From an uncultured bacterium (lineage in GTDB: Bacteria > DYJV01): a DNA stretch of 61,423 nucleotides. The stretch spans positions 1 through 61,423 of the forward strand of contig CAZIZE010000011.1 of assembly GCA_964543655.1 (NCBI GenBank). Direction: 5' to 3'. Of the stretch, positions 51,263-61,423 are shown piece after piece. How positions within the stretch are numbered: position 1 is the first letter of the stretch; each line of letters begins with the position of its first letter. The notes under the pieces were generated by a model. The model worked only from the letters and a program-made list of their open reading frames with translations. It made no database searches and had not been told where the DNA came from. The translations under genes and the position numbers were made by a program.

Positions 51263-53464
51263 ATGAACTTAGTTATTGTAGAATCACCAGCAAAGGCAAA
51301 AACTTTAAAAAAATACCTTGGTAAAAATTTTAATATTGCTGCATCTTATGGTCATGTAATTGATTTACCCAAAAAAGAGCTTGGAGTGGATATAGAGAAT
51401 GGATTTAACCCCAAATATGTTATAATTGAAGGTAAAGAGAAAATTTTAAAAAATATAAAAAAAGAGGCAAAAAAAGCAGATAATATTTACTTAGCATCTG
51501 ACCCTGACAGAGAAGGTGAAGCAATAGCCTGGCATATAACTAACTATTTGAAAAAAAGCAGAGATGAAGTTAAAAGGGTTCTATTCTATGAAATTACTAA
51601 AGATGCAGTAAAAGCATCACTTGATAACCCTGATAAATTGGATGAAGCTAAGTTCAATGCCCAGCAGGCTCGAAGAGTTCTTGACAGGATAGTTGGCTAT
51701 CAGGTAAGCCCTTTGCTCTGGAAAAAGGTTAGGCGTGGATTAAGTGCAGGTAGGGTGCAAACAGTTGCTCTTAGATTAATATGCGAGAGAGAGAAAGAGA
51801 TAAAAGATTTTACTCCTGAAGAATTTTGGGAGATTTTATCAATATTTGAAACTGAGAAGAATGAAAAATTAGAAGCAAAACTTGTTAATAAAAAGATAAA
51901 GAATGAAAAAGAAGCCAAGAAAATCCTTGATTATCTTAAAAATGAAGATTTCTATATTGCAAAAATTACAAAAAAAGAGAGAAAAAGAGCACCTCTGCCA
52001 CCATATACCACAAGTAAACTACAGCAGGAGGCCTCGTCAAAGTTAAATTTCAGGCCAGCTAAAACAATGCAGATTGCCCAGACACTTTATGAAGGTGTTG
52101 ACCTGGGTAGTAAAGGCACACTTGGTTTAATAACATATATGAGAACAGATTCAGTTAGAATTTCAGAATCAGCAATAAAAGATGCAAGAAAATATATTTC
52201 AAATAAGATTGGCAAAGAGTATCTTCCACCACGAGCCAATAGGTATAGGAGTAAAAAGTCAAATGTCCAGGATGCTCATGAAGCAATTAGACCTACAAAT
52301 GTAAAAATTGAACCTGATGCAATAAAGGAATATCTTACAAATGACCAATATAAGCTTTATAAATTAATATGGCAGAAATTTATTGCAAGTCAGATGCAAC
52401 CTGCAATATTTGACCAGACTTCTGTTGAAATTAAAGATAAAAATAAAAAATATACATTTAAAATAAATGGTTCTGTATTAAAGTTTGATGGATTTTTGAA
52501 AATAACAAATGAAAAGATTGATGACAAGATTTTACCAGATTTAAAAGAAAATGACAGATTAAATTTAGTAGAATTAAAGCCTCAGCAGAAATTTACTGAG
52601 CCACCACCAAGATATACAGAAAGCTCTCTTGTAAAGGCTCTTGAAGAAAAAGGTATTGGCAGACCTTCAACGTATGCACCGATACTTCAAAACATTCAGG
52701 ATAGAAAATATGTTGTTTTAAAGGAGAAAAAACTTTTTCCAACTGATATTGGTATGGTGGTCAATGACCTGCTTGTAAAAAACTTTCCTGATATATTTGA
52801 TATAAATTTTACAGCAGAGCTTGAGAAAAAACTTGATGAAATTGAAAGCAGTAAAGAGGATTGGAGAGAAGTTTTAAAAGATTTTTATTATAAATTTGAA
52901 AAAACCCTTTCAAATGCTTATGAAACTATGCAATATATTAGTCAGATTGTGGAAGAATCCCCATTTACCTGTGAAAAATGTGGAAATAAAATGGTAATAA
53001 AGTGGGGACGAAACGGTAGATTCCTTGCGTGTTCCAACTATCCTGAATGCAAAAATACAAAACAATTTAAAATAGATGATAATGGTGAGTTAAAAATAGT
53101 TGAAAATGAGGTATTAGATGAGAAATGTGAAAAATGTGGTGGTAACTTAATAATTAAATATGGCAAATTTGGTAAATTTATAGCCTGTGAAAATTATCCA
53201 GATTGCGATTTTACAAAGCAGATTACAATAATGCCATGCCCAGAGACAGATTGCAATGGGAGTATTATAGAGAGAAGGACAAAAAAGGGAAGGGTGTTTT
53301 ATGGATGCACAAATTTTCCGAAATGTAAATTTGCATCATGGTATGAGCCTGTTAATAAAATTTGTCCTGAATGTGGGAACCCATATTTAATTAAAAAAAT
53401 CACAAAAAAAGGGGAAAAAATAGAATGCCCCAATAAAAAGTGTAAATATGTTGACAAAAATTGA
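51263..53464 (+). CDS. topA: DNA topoisomerase I
   Basis: LVIVESPAK, DPDREGE, SAGRVQ, ITYMRTD, GIGRPST, C-terminal C4 zinc ribbons. Confidence 0.98.
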   Translation: MNLVIVESPAKAKTLKKYLGKNFNIAASYGHVIDLPKKELGVDIENGFNPKYVIIEGKEKILKNIKKEAKKADNIYLASDPDREGEAIAWHITNYLKKSRDEVKRVLFYEITKDAVKASLDNPDKLDEAKFNAQQARRVLDRIVGYQVSPLLWKKVRRGLSAGRVQTVALRLICEREKEIKDFTPEEFWEILSIFETEKNEKLEAKLVNKKIKNEKEAKKILDYLKNEDFYIAKITKKERKRAPLPPYTTSKLQQEASSKLNFRPAKTMQIAQTLYEGVDLGSKGTLGLITYMRTDSVRISESAIKDARKYISNKIGKEYLPPRANRYRSKKSNVQDAHEAIRPTNVKIEPDAIKEYLTNDQYKLYKLIWQKFIASQMQPAIFDQTSVEIKDKNKKYTFKINGSVLKFDGFLKITNEKIDDKILPDLKENDRLNLVELKPQQKFTEPPPRYTESSLVKALEEKGIGRPSTYAPILQNIQDRKYVVLKEKKLFPTDIGMVVNDLLVKNFPDIFDINFTAELEKKLDEIESSKEDWREVLKDFYYKFEKTLSNAYETMQYISQIVEESPFTCEKCGNKMVIKWGRNGRFLACSNYPECKNTKQFKIDDNGELKIVENEVLDEKCEKCGGNLIIKYGKFGKFIACENYPDCDFTKQITIMPCPETDCNGSIIERRTKKGRVFYGCTNFPKCKFASWYEPVNKICPECGNPYLIKKITKKGEKIECPNKKCKYVDKN

Positions 53465-53479
53465 ATATTTGAATATAAT
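53451..53479 (+). promoter_or_regulatory. Perfect sigma70 consensus promoter for zapB-zapA-6S-rny
   Basis: TTGACA (53451-56)-17 bp-TATAAT (53474-79). Confidence 0.9.
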
Positions 53480-53484
53480 TAATT

Positions 53485-53700
53485 ATGGAAAATAAATTAA
53501 ATTTACTTGAAGAAAAAGTTAACCTATTAATAGAGAGATATAAAATTTTAAAAAAAGAGAATATAGATTTAAAACAGCAGTTGTTAGAAAAAGAGAAATT
53601 AATTGAAAAGTTTGAAGCAACACAGAGAAAGGCAATTGATAAATTAGATAATTTGATAGAAGTTCTAAAAAAAGAGGGTGTTTTTGAAGAGATCAGTTGA
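53485..53700 (+). CDS. zapB: ZapB-like coiled-coil protein
   Basis: LEEKVNLLIERYKILKKEN coiled coil directly upstream of zapA. Confidence 0.7.
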   Translation: MENKLNLLEEKVNLLIERYKILKKENIDLKQQLLEKEKLIEKFEATQRKAIDKLDNLIEVLKKEGVFEEIS

Positions 53701-53932
53701 AGTAAATATATTAGGACAGAGCCACACTATTAAAACTGATATTCCTGAAGAAGAGTTTTCAGAGATTGTTAGATTACTTAATAGCAAAATAGCAGAGTTA
53801 GAAACACAGGGTGGTACAGTTACCACATATAAGTTAGCTATATTGGCTGCTTTAACTACAACTGCTGACCAATATAAGTTCTTCAAAAAAATAGATTTAT
53901 TAATTAACAAAATTTCAGAGGTTATAAATTGA
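53678..53932 (+). CDS. zapA: Cell division protein ZapA
   Basis: VEVNILGQSHTI...KLAILAALT; precedes 6S RNA. Confidence 0.85.
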   Translation: MFLKRSVEVNILGQSHTIKTDIPEEEFSEIVRLLNSKIAELETQGGTVTTYKLAILAALTTTADQYKFFKKIDLLINKISEVIN

Positions 53933-54107
53933 CCTGGGCTATTAGTTACCAGAAATATAATTATTGAGCCAACACCATAAGAATGGGAATTCTCACTTGG
54001 TGTGGTGTGCAAGCCTGCCTTGTAGCAGGAAGCCTAAAGCATCAATAGAATTCCCACCTGACTTTGTCAGGTTCAGTAGTTTGTTTCTGGGACTGTAGTC
54101 CGGGTCA
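53930..54107 (+). ncRNA. ssrS: 6S RNA
   Basis: About 178 nt rod: TGACCTGGGCTA pairs with TAGTCCGGGTCA, TGAGCC with GGTTCA, TGGGAATTCT with AGAATTCCCA; zapA-ssrS-rny position. Confidence 0.9.
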
Positions 54108-54182
54108 TCTCTTCAAAACTCCTTCTTTTTTTAGAATCTTTTAAATAACATATTGTTTTATCATAAGGAAAAGGAGGTTTTA

Positions 54183-55733
54183 ATGGGATTTGTAAGTATA
54201 TTAATTGGAATTATTATTGGTGGTGCAGGCGGTTACTATTTTGCAAAAAAATATTTAGAGAACAAATTAGAAGATTCTGCTAAAAAGGCAAGTCAGATTT
54301 TAGAAAATGCTAAAAAAGAAGCAGAAATTATTTTAAAAGAAGCTGAGATAAAATCAAAAGATAGAATTTTACAAGCTAAAGCAGAGTTGGAAAAAGAGGT
54401 TAAGGAGAAAAAAGAAGAGTTAAACACCCTTGAAAAAAGAATATTTCAAAGGGAAGAGAACCTTGCAAAAAAAGAGGAGATTTTATCTGAGAGAGAGCTT
54501 GAGTTTTCCAAAAAAGAGAAAGAATTAGTTGAAAAAGTTGAAGACACAAATAGGTTGAAAGAGGAGTATTCAAAGAAGATAGAAGAAATTAACTTGGAGC
54601 TGGAAAAGATAAGTGGTTTAACCAGAGAGGAAGCAAAAGAAATATTAATGAAAAAAATGGAAGATGAAGCAAAGTTTGAGGTTGCCAAAAAGTTGCAGGA
54701 AATTGAAGAAGAGTTTAAAGAAAATGCAACCAAGAAAGCTCAGGAAATACTTGCTCTTTCCATTCAGAGGTATGCTTCAGATTTTGTTGCTGAAAGGACA
54801 GTTTCTGTTGTTTCTTTGCCTAATGATGAAATGAAAGGAAGAATTATTGGTAGAGAGGGTAGAAATATTAGAACTCTTGAAAGCATTGCAGGAGTTGACC
54901 TTATTATTGATGATACACCAGAAGCTGTTGTTATTTCATGTTTTGACCCAGTAAGAAGAGAAATTGCAAGATTATCACTTGAAAAATTAATAGCAGATGG
55001 TAGAATACATCCTGCAAGAATAGAGGAAGTTGTTAAGCACACTGAAGCAGAGTTGCATGAAAAGATTAGAGAATTAGGTCAGAAAGCTCTTTTTGAAGTT
55101 GGCTTGCACAAAATGCATCCAGAACTTGTAAGGTTAATTGGTAGATTAAATTATAGAACAAGTTATGGTCAAAATATTTACCAGCATTCACTTGAAACAG
55201 CTTTTATTGCTGGAATAATAGCTTCTGAACTGAAGCTTGACTGGAAAAAAGCAAGAAGAGCAGGGTTATTGCACGATATTGGAAAAGCTGTTGACCATGA
55301 AATTCCAGGTTCACATGCAATTATTGGTGGTGATTTAGCCAAAAAATATGGTGAAGATGCAGATATTGTAAATGCAATAGCAAGTCACCATGATGAAGTT
55401 AGTAAAACTTCCATATATGCTGTTATTGTTCAAGCAGCTGATGCACTTTCTGGTGCAAGACCGGGCTCAAGAGGTGAAATGTATGAAAGCTACATAAAAA
55501 GGCTTGAAGAGTTAGAAAATATTGCAAATGAATTTGATGGTGTTTCCAAATCGTATGCTATTCAGGCAGGTAGAGAAGTTAGAGTTATTGTTGAAAATGA
55601 TAGAATTTCTGATGAACATGCTTTTGTACTTGCAAAAGATATTGCAAAAAAGGTAGAAGAAAATTTAACATATCCAGGCCAGATAAAAGTTACTGTTATT
55701 AGAGAGATGCGAGCTGTTGAATATGCAAAATAA
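54183..55733 (+). CDS. rny: Ribonuclease Y
   Basis: N-terminal TM, coiled coil, [15 protein letters not shown] domain, LLHDIGK HD domain; AAGGAGG RBS before ATG 54183. Confidence 0.97.
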   Translation: MGFVSILIGIIIGGAGGYYFAKKYLENKLEDSAKKASQILENAKKEAEIILKEAEIKSKDRILQAKAELEKEVKEKKEELNTLEKRIFQREENLAKKEEILSERELEFSKKEKELVEKVEDTNRLKEEYSKKIEEINLELEKISGLTREEAKEILMKKMEDEAKFEVAKKLQEIEEEFKENATKKAQEILALSIQRYASDFVAERTVSVVSLPNDEMKGRIIGREGRNIRTLESIAGVDLIIDDTPEAVVISCFDPVRREIARLSLEKLIADGRIHPARIEEVVKHTEAELHEKIRELGQKALFEVGLHKMHPELVRLIGRLNYRTSYGQNIYQHSLETAFIAGIIASELKLDWKKARRAGLLHDIGKAVDHEIPGSHAIIGGDLAKKYGEDADIVNAIASHHDEVSKTSIYAVIVQAADALSGARPGSRGEMYESYIKRLEELENIANEFDGVSKSYAIQAGREVRVIVENDRISDEHAFVLAKDIAKKVEENLTYPGQIKVTVIREMRAVEYAK

Positions 55734-55804
55734 TCATTTATAGTAGTGTGGAGAATGAAGAAATATAATTTATAAAAAGGAATATAAATAACTAAACTAA
55801 TGCA

Positions 55805-58621
55805 ATGATTAGAGTTAAACTATTTTACTCAATTTTTATAATTTTTCTATTAAGTGTAAATTGCTTTGCACAGTTTAAAATATACTCAAACAGCAAAGAT
55901 ATTTATTTCCAGAGCAATGTAGAAACCAGGGATATAATACCATATGTTGTATGGTTTGATTTAGATTCAAACAGATTTATTTCACTTGTTAATAATAGAT
56001 GGATAAATGGAATAAAACCACTTGTTAATGGGAAATTTACCTGTCCAAAATTTAATGGCAAAATAGCCCAAATACCTGAAAAATGCCCTGATAATCACAG
56101 ATGCTTTGTTGGTGCAGCTTTTGTATATGACAATTCAAGCTATGATATTTCCATTTACCCACTTTCAGAGAAAGCTCTTTTTGAAAGGCTAAAAGGTCAA
56201 TGGTATTTTATTAGCAAACAGAGTAGCAATTATCAGTTTGTACCAGGTGTTAAAGTTAATTCAGAGAATAGTGATAAAGAGAGTATAGATAATGAGGAGA
56301 ATAATGTAGATATAGAAAAACCAGATTTTTACAAATTTGATAATAGTAAAAATTTATTCCTTTTTGCAAATACAAATGCAGGGCTTTTTGAAATAGTTGA
56401 CCTTTCTGAAAAAGATTCACCAAAAATAATTGATAAATTTAAGTTAAATGGTGAACCTAAAGAGATTTACTCTATTGATAATTACTATGTTTTAATTTCA
56501 ATGGCAGATAATAGGACAGTTATTAATAGTTTTTCTTTTAAAAACAGTAAAATAACTCCAGTTGATAATTTAACATTAAATGGTGTTTTCATTGAATCAC
56601 GAAGGAAGAATAACGTAATATTTACAGTGATAAATAGAGGTTATGAGAATACAGTTGTAAATGCATTAATGCTGAATGCAGAAGGTAAATTAGAAAATTT
56701 AGCAGAGAAAAAATTTCATAGCTATTTACACATTGTTGCTATTTTCAATAACTACCTTGCACTTGTTTTTAAAAATTATGATGATTCATTTTCAGAAATT
56801 ATTACTGTAATTCCAATAACAGAGTTCAGCAACCCTTTAGAAAATGAAATAAATATAAAAATCAGTGAAAATATACCATCTGATAGGCATATATATTTTA
56901 AGGATAATTATTTAATGTTTATGGCTTCTCCTGACTGGAGAGATTTAAATAAAGGAAGCACTTTTTATGTATATAAGATTGATAATAGCAGTGCAAAATT
57001 AGTTGCAAGCTTATCTGGAATTGCACCAGGTGAGCAGTTGCATGGCACTGTTTTTTCAAATAATAGAGCTTATGTTGTTACTTTTAAAAGAAAAGACCCT
57101 TTATGGGTTATTGATATTTCTAATCCTGAACACCCTGCAATTGTTGGTGAACTTTCTGTTCCTGGTTGGTCTGATAAACTATTTTTTCACAATAACAGGT
57201 TGTTATCAACAGGATATTTAGATAACCTTGTATCTATCGGGTTATTTGATGTTACCAATCCTGAGGATGTTGAGCTTCTTTCGAGAATCACACCATTTGA
57301 AAATGAAGTAAAATATTCGTCATCTGAAGCAACTTCTGATGAAAGAGCTTTTTATATTAACTGGGATAATGGAGTTGCAGCATTACCAATAGAAACATGG
57401 TATAATAAATACTATAATTTTGTACAGGCTATTGGCATTGATAATAATAGTTTGCAAAATCTTGGTCTTAGCCCTCTTCCTTTTAGTGCAAAGAGGAGCT
57501 TCTGGATAGATAAAGATTATGTTGTTGCATTCTCTTCAAGGGAATTAAGAGTTTTTAAAGAGGAAAATGGTAAATTAATTGAGATTTCAAACCTGCCATT
57601 AACTCTTTCAGCAGATTTTATAAATCAGTATAAGGATAATATTGCTCTATTTTCAGGTTATAACAGTATTTACAGATTTTCTCTTTTAAATTTTGATAAT
57701 TTAGAGGAAATAAAAGGTTACACCATTGATGGTTATTATAGAAATGTTGTTTTAAATAAAAATAACAATAAGATATTATTTTACAATATTAATCCGCTCA
57801 GGTTTATGCTCTACTCTGATGATAAATTTATTAGAAAAAGCTTTGAGCTTGATTATCATAGAATAGAAGATTATTACAGATTAAATCCGATTCTATCAGA
57901 CAATAGAATTATATTGCCAATTATTTTTTATAAAATGAAAATTCCTTATATTAATAAGACTTTTTCAAGTTATGGTGTAAAGTTATTTAAACTACCAGAT
58001 TTTGAGGAAAATAAAATTTTTTCATCACCAGGAAGACCTGTTGACATAGACACATATGGCAATCTAATTACATATGAAACAGGTAATAATGATTCATCAA
58101 TGAGAATTAATTTGCTCAAAGTTACAGATTTGGGCTTGATTCTGCTTGACAGCATTAATATTTCAGAGTGTAATGCTAATTCATCTCAGGTTGTTGTAGG
58201 AAAGAGCAAAATTTTTATAAATTGTAAAAAACCTGAGTTTCATAATATATTAAAGGAAGAGATTCCCTCATTTTCTAATATTGAGAATCAGAGCAGAATA
58301 GTTATTTTGAATAGTGGAGAGCATCTCTCTGTTGAAAAAACAGTTTATCTTGATAAAAAGGTTAGGTTAATAAAGGTTAATGAAGATGCTAATTTAATTC
58401 TTGTTTCACCTGAATATTACTATCTTTATGCGTATATTCCAATATGGTACCAGCCAGAATGTGAAATATATAATATTGAAAATTCACCAAAATTAATAAA
58501 AAATATAGTTGAGTTAGAATGTAGCAACAGTAGAAATGTTATTTTAACAGATTCTGAAGTTATAATTGGTGAAAGAGAAAAAGGAGTAAAAAAAATTTCT
58601 CTTTACTATGGCAATAGATAA
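55805..58621 (+). CDS. Secreted beta-propeller domain protein
   Basis: Signal peptide; DIEKPD, GEQLHGTVF..NRAYVVTFKRKDPLWVIDISNP...GELSVPGWS. Confidence 0.8.
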   Translation: MIRVKLFYSIFIIFLLSVNCFAQFKIYSNSKDIYFQSNVETRDIIPYVVWFDLDSNRFISLVNNRWINGIKPLVNGKFTCPKFNGKIAQIPEKCPDNHRCFVGAAFVYDNSSYDISIYPLSEKALFERLKGQWYFISKQSSNYQFVPGVKVNSENSDKESIDNEENNVDIEKPDFYKFDNSKNLFLFANTNAGLFEIVDLSEKDSPKIIDKFKLNGEPKEIYSIDNYYVLISMADNRTVINSFSFKNSKITPVDNLTLNGVFIESRRKNNVIFTVINRGYENTVVNALMLNAEGKLENLAEKKFHSYLHIVAIFNNYLALVFKNYDDSFSEIITVIPITEFSNPLENEINIKISENIPSDRHIYFKDNYLMFMASPDWRDLNKGSTFYVYKIDNSSAKLVASLSGIAPGEQLHGTVFSNNRAYVVTFKRKDPLWVIDISNPEHPAIVGELSVPGWSDKLFFHNNRLLSTGYLDNLVSIGLFDVTNPEDVELLSRITPFENEVKYSSSEATSDERAFYINWDNGVAALPIETWYNKYYNFVQAIGIDNNSLQNLGLSPLPFSAKRSFWIDKDYVVAFSSRELRVFKEENGKLIEISNLPLTLSADFINQYKDNIALFSGYNSIYRFSLLNFDNLEEIKGYTIDGYYRNVVLNKNNNKILFYNINPLRFMLYSDDKFIRKSFELDYHRIEDYYRLNPILSDNRIILPIIFYKMKIPYINKTFSSYGVKLFKLPDFEENKIFSSPGRPVDIDTYGNLITYETGNNDSSMRINLLKVTDLGLILLDSINISECNANSSQVVVGKSKIFINCKKPEFHNILKEEIPSFSNIENQSRIVILNSGEHLSVEKTVYLDKKVRLIKVNEDANLILVSPEYYYLYAYIPIWYQPECEIYNIENSPKLIKNIVELECSNSRNVILTDSEVIIGEREKGVKKISLYYGNR

Positions 58622-58675
58622 CTATTTTTTATAATTTGTATTGTAATTTAAAAAAATATATTGTAAATAGGAGTT

Positions 58676-58770
58676 GGAAGCGTATCTGGTACTGGTGACC
58701 AGCCTGGACTTCAAATCCAGTGTTCCGCTGAAAAGTGGAAGATGGGTTCGATTCCCATACGCTTCCGCCA
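58676..58770 (+). tRNA. selC: tRNA-Sec (anticodon TCA)
   Basis: 95 nt; 8-bp acceptor GGAAGCGT/ACGCTTCC, extended D stem, CTGGA-CTTCAAA-TCCAG anticodon arm, long variable arm, GTTCGATT, GCCA end. Confidence 0.96.
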
Positions 58771-58791
58771 ATACTTAATGTAGGAGGAGAG

Positions 58792-58983
58792 ATGTTTGGT
58801 ATAGGCTTACCTGAATTGCTAATAATTTTAGTTATAGTTTTAATAATTTTTGGTGCTGGGAAATTACCTGAAATAGGTGCTGGCCTTGGTAAAGGAATAA
58901 AAAACTTTAAAAAAGCTACAAAAGGAGAGGATGAAATAGACGTTACTCCTAAAAAAGATGAGAGTGAGCAGGAGAGTAAATAG
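58792..58983 (+). CDS. tatA: Twin-arginine translocase TatA
   Basis: [49 protein letters not shown]. Confidence 0.96.
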   Translation: MFGIGLPELLIILVIVLIIFGAGKLPEIGAGLGKGIKNFKKATKGEDEIDVTPKKDESEQESK

Positions 58984-59497
58984 TAATATTGCATTTTTAG
59001 GATTAGGAAGCAATTTAGGCGATAAATTAAAAAATATAAAAACATCTTTAGAGCTTATTAGTTCCCATGAAGAGATAACTATCCTTTCTGTCTCCTCAAT
59101 ATATAAAACTCCACCTGTAGGTTTTGAAGAGCAGGACTTCTTTCTTAATGCAGTTATTAAAATTTCCACAAATCTTTCACCATTTGAGCTTTTAAAATTT
59201 ATTCAATTAATTGAAAAGAAACTTGGAAGAAAAAGAATTTTTAAATGGGGACCAAGGACAATTGATATAGATATTCTTGTGTACAATGATTGGATTATAA
59301 ATAGAAATAACCTACAAGTGCCTCATCCCCTTATGCATGAAAGAGGATTTGTACTTATACCTTTCAATGAAATTGAAAGTTCTCTAATTCATCCAACTTT
59401 AAATATGTCAATAGCTACTCTTTTGAGCAATCTTAATTTAAATGATGTAAGAGGAATAGAGATGTTTGTTGATGCTAAAAACCTGACATCCCTTTAA
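58958..59497 (+). CDS. folK: Hydroxymethyldihydropterin pyrophosphokinase
   Basis: [37 protein letters not shown]. Confidence 0.96.
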   Translation: MRVSRRVNSNIAFLGLGSNLGDKLKNIKTSLELISSHEEITILSVSSIYKTPPVGFEEQDFFLNAVIKISTNLSPFELLKFIQLIEKKLGRKRIFKWGPRTIDIDILVYNDWIINRNNLQVPHPLMHERGFVLIPFNEIESSLIHPTLNMSIATLLSNLNLNDVRGIEMFVDAKNLTSL

Positions 59498-60833
59498 ACA
59501 TACTTTGGAAATCTTTTGGAAGACCTTTAAATTTCTTTTTATTGAATTTTTTTAACATATCTCTCATTGTAAAATAATTTTTCATTAATTTATTTACTTC
59601 CTGAACTGTTGTGCCACTACCTTTAGCAATTCTTTTTCTTCTACTGCCATTAATTATTTCTGGCTTTCTCCGTTCAAGTTTTGTCATAGAATTAATAATA
59701 GCTTCCTGTCTGAGAAATTCTTTGTCATCAATTTTCATATTTTTCATCTGCTTAAGTTTGGAAAGACCTGGAATCATACTGAGAATGGAGTCAAGTGAGC
59801 CAAGCTTTTTAATCTGTTGCAACTGCTTTTTGTAATCATCAAATGTGAAAATATTTTTTCTTAACCTCTGCTCAAGCTCCTGATAATCCTCTTCATCAAT
59901 GGACGCTGTTGCTTTTTCAATTAATGTTAAAACATCACCCATACCAAGAATTCTTGAAACCATTCTATCAGGGTGAAATTCCTCTATATCGTTAAGTTTT
60001 TCACCTTTACCAATTAATTTAATAGGCTTACCAGTTATTGCTCTAATGGAAAGTGCAGCACCACCTCTTGCATCACCATCAAGCTTGGTAAGGACAATGC
60101 CTGTAATATCTATCTTTTCATCAAACTCCTTAGCTATGTTAACAGCTTCCTGGCCTGTCATAGAGTCAGCAACAAAAAGAATTTCTGTAGGATTAACAGC
60201 TTTTTTAATATTAACAAGCTCATTCATTAATTTTTCATCAATATGTAATCTTCCAGCAGTATCTATTAGAATAGTATCACAGCTATGTTTTAATGCAAAA
60301 TTAATAGAATCTGTAGCTATTTTCACTGGATCATCTTTTGTTGTAGATGGAAAAGAAATTATGTTCAACTCTTTTGCTATTTTTTCAAGTTGCTGAATTG
60401 CTGCTGGCCTGTATACATCAGCTGGTACAAGTAGAGGAGACCTTTTATATTTGTTTCTTAAAAAATTTGCTATTTTTCCAGCAGTGGTAGTTTTACCTGA
60501 CCCTTGTAAGCCAACAAGCATAAAAATTATAGGTGGCTTTGCATTTAAATTAAGTGAATTATCTTCATCACCACCAATAATTTTCTCCATCTCCTCTTTT
60601 ACAATTTTAATTAGCTGCTGAGATGGAGTGAGGCTTTTAAGAACCTCCTGACCAAGAGCACGCTCTTTAACGTAATTAATAAAAGTTTTGGTAACTTTAT
60701 AATTAACATCTGCTTCAAGCAGAACCAGTCTAATCTCTTTTAAAACTTCTTTAATAACATCTTCAGAAAGAACACCTTTGCCTTTGATTTTTTCAAAAAC
60801 ATTATCAAGTTTTTCACTTAGGCTTTCAAACAT
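59475..60833 (-). CDS. ffh: Signal recognition particle protein Ffh
   Basis: GLQGSGKTT, DTAGR, TKLDGDARGG, SRILGMGD, M domain. Confidence 0.98.
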   Translation of the reverse strand: MFESLSEKLDNVFEKIKGKGVLSEDVIKEVLKEIRLVLLEADVNYKVTKTFINYVKERALGQEVLKSLTPSQQLIKIVKEEMEKIIGGDEDNSLNLNAKPPIIFMLVGLQGSGKTTTAGKIANFLRNKYKRSPLLVPADVYRPAAIQQLEKIAKELNIISFPSTTKDDPVKIATDSINFALKHSCDTILIDTAGRLHIDEKLMNELVNIKKAVNPTEILFVADSMTGQEAVNIAKEFDEKIDITGIVLTKLDGDARGGAALSIRAITGKPIKLIGKGEKLNDIEEFHPDRMVSRILGMGDVLTLIEKATASIDEEDYQELEQRLRKNIFTFDDYKKQLQQIKKLGSLDSILSMIPGLSKLKQMKNMKIDDKEFLRQEAIINSMTKLERRKPEIINGSRRKRIAKGSGTTVQEVNKLMKNYFTMRDMLKKFNKKKFKGLPKDFQSMFKGMSGF

Positions 60834-60841
60834 TTTCTCTC

Positions 60842-61378
60842 CTATTTGATAATTTCACTGCTGCTTTTTATTTCAAACAATGGTTGCAAAGGGTTTTTCC
60901 TGTAAAAATTCATAACCTGCTCATGCACTTCATCTTTATGGGCAGTTGTAGCATCATCAATAATTACTGTATAGAAATCGTGACAGATAGAGTCAAAAGC
61001 TGTAGCAAGAACACAGAAAATAGAAGTAATGCCACAAACGTAAACTTTATTGACATTTAAAGTGCGCAAGGTTTGGTCAAGGTCAGTTTTGAAAAAAGCT
61101 GAAAACCTTCTTTTCGGCAGAATAATGTCACTATCTTTTACAGTAAGTGACCTGGCGACTTTTTCACCATCTGTCCACCTAAGAGAGTGAGGTGTCATTT
61201 TGCTTTTAAAAAGAAAATCATTTTCAAGAAAACTGTCATTTGCAAAAATAACTAAGTTATTATTCTTTCTAAAATAGTCTGTTAATCTGTTAATTACTGG
61301 AATGATTTTTTCTGCACGCTCACCCATTAATCCTGTAAGATTATCTCTTGTCATATCTACTATGATTAATGCTTCCAT
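60842..61378 (-). CDS. Isochorismatase-family cysteine hydrolase
   Basis: ALIIVDM, KRRFSAFFKTDLD, GITSIFCV. Confidence 0.92.
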   Translation of the reverse strand: MEALIIVDMTRDNLTGLMGERAEKIIPVINRLTDYFRKNNNLVIFANDSFLENDFLFKSKMTPHSLRWTDGEKVARSLTVKDSDIILPKRRFSAFFKTDLDQTLRTLNVNKVYVCGITSIFCVLATAFDSICHDFYTVIIDDATTAHKDEVHEQVMNFYRKNPLQPLFEIKSSSEIIK

Positions 61379-61384
61379 ATTTAT

Positions 61385-61413
61385 TTAATACCATATAAAA
61401 AAAAATGAAGCAA
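61385..61413 (-). promoter_or_regulatory. Sigma70-type promoter of the isochorismatase-ffh unit
   Basis: TTGCTT-17 bp-TATTAA with TG extension, 6 nt before ATG 61378. Confidence 0.5.
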
Positions 61414-61423
61414 TATTTTTTAG

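Noticed and set aside
53665..54012. 115-aa minus-strand ORF
   Set aside because: Antisense to zapA and the 6S RNA
55734..58790. Integrative island at selC
   Set aside because: No integrase, no duplicated tRNA 3' end seen, and the extra gene lies 5' of the tRNA
58629..59045. 138-aa minus-strand ORF and the long version of tatA from 58735
   Set aside because: Both run through tRNA-Sec; tatA has a clear RBS and ATG at 58792

Overview
Very AT-rich bacterial chromosomal segment, mostly housekeeping genes, from an anaerobic diderm with Desulfobacterota-like gene order (inference from tetraheme cytochrome c3, tRNA-Sec, zapA-6S-rny, kdsA/LPS genes). Left edge: end of an accessory patch (Asp-rich ORF tail, winged-helix-like ORF, IS630 remnant). 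Then: phoH-pgpH-ybeY-dut-rmuC; larE-like; oadG-oadB; cytochrome c3-resB-resC-gap-pgk-tpiA-secG; an acyltransferase; rpmH-rnpA-yidD-yidC-jag-mnmE with no adjacent dnaA or mnmG; an AmmeMemo B/A fusion; dnaE; LPS genes; a B12 radical SAM enzyme; a REC-PP2C / divergent EF-G / REC-GGDEF cluster; pyrG-kdsA-DUF39-GATase-ArnT-like-kinase; hisDBH-maf-yggS; two PAS kinases; smg-topA; zapB-zapA-6S-rny; a beta-propeller protein; selC-tatA-folK; ffh; an isochorismatase. Not in the ORF track but read by eye: rpmH, oadG, full-length rnpA, the IS630 fragment, 6S RNA and tRNA-Sec. Best leads: three genes that seem to start at ATT behind Shine-Dalgarno sequences, several probably leaderless genes, an EF-G paralogue with altered domain IV embedded in a signalling operon behind a structured element, a 111-bp MITE-like element, degenerate heptamer arrays, and a GAPDH with NADP-type substitutions. 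No CRISPR array, rRNA or prophage was seen. All calls are by motif recognition; no searches were run.
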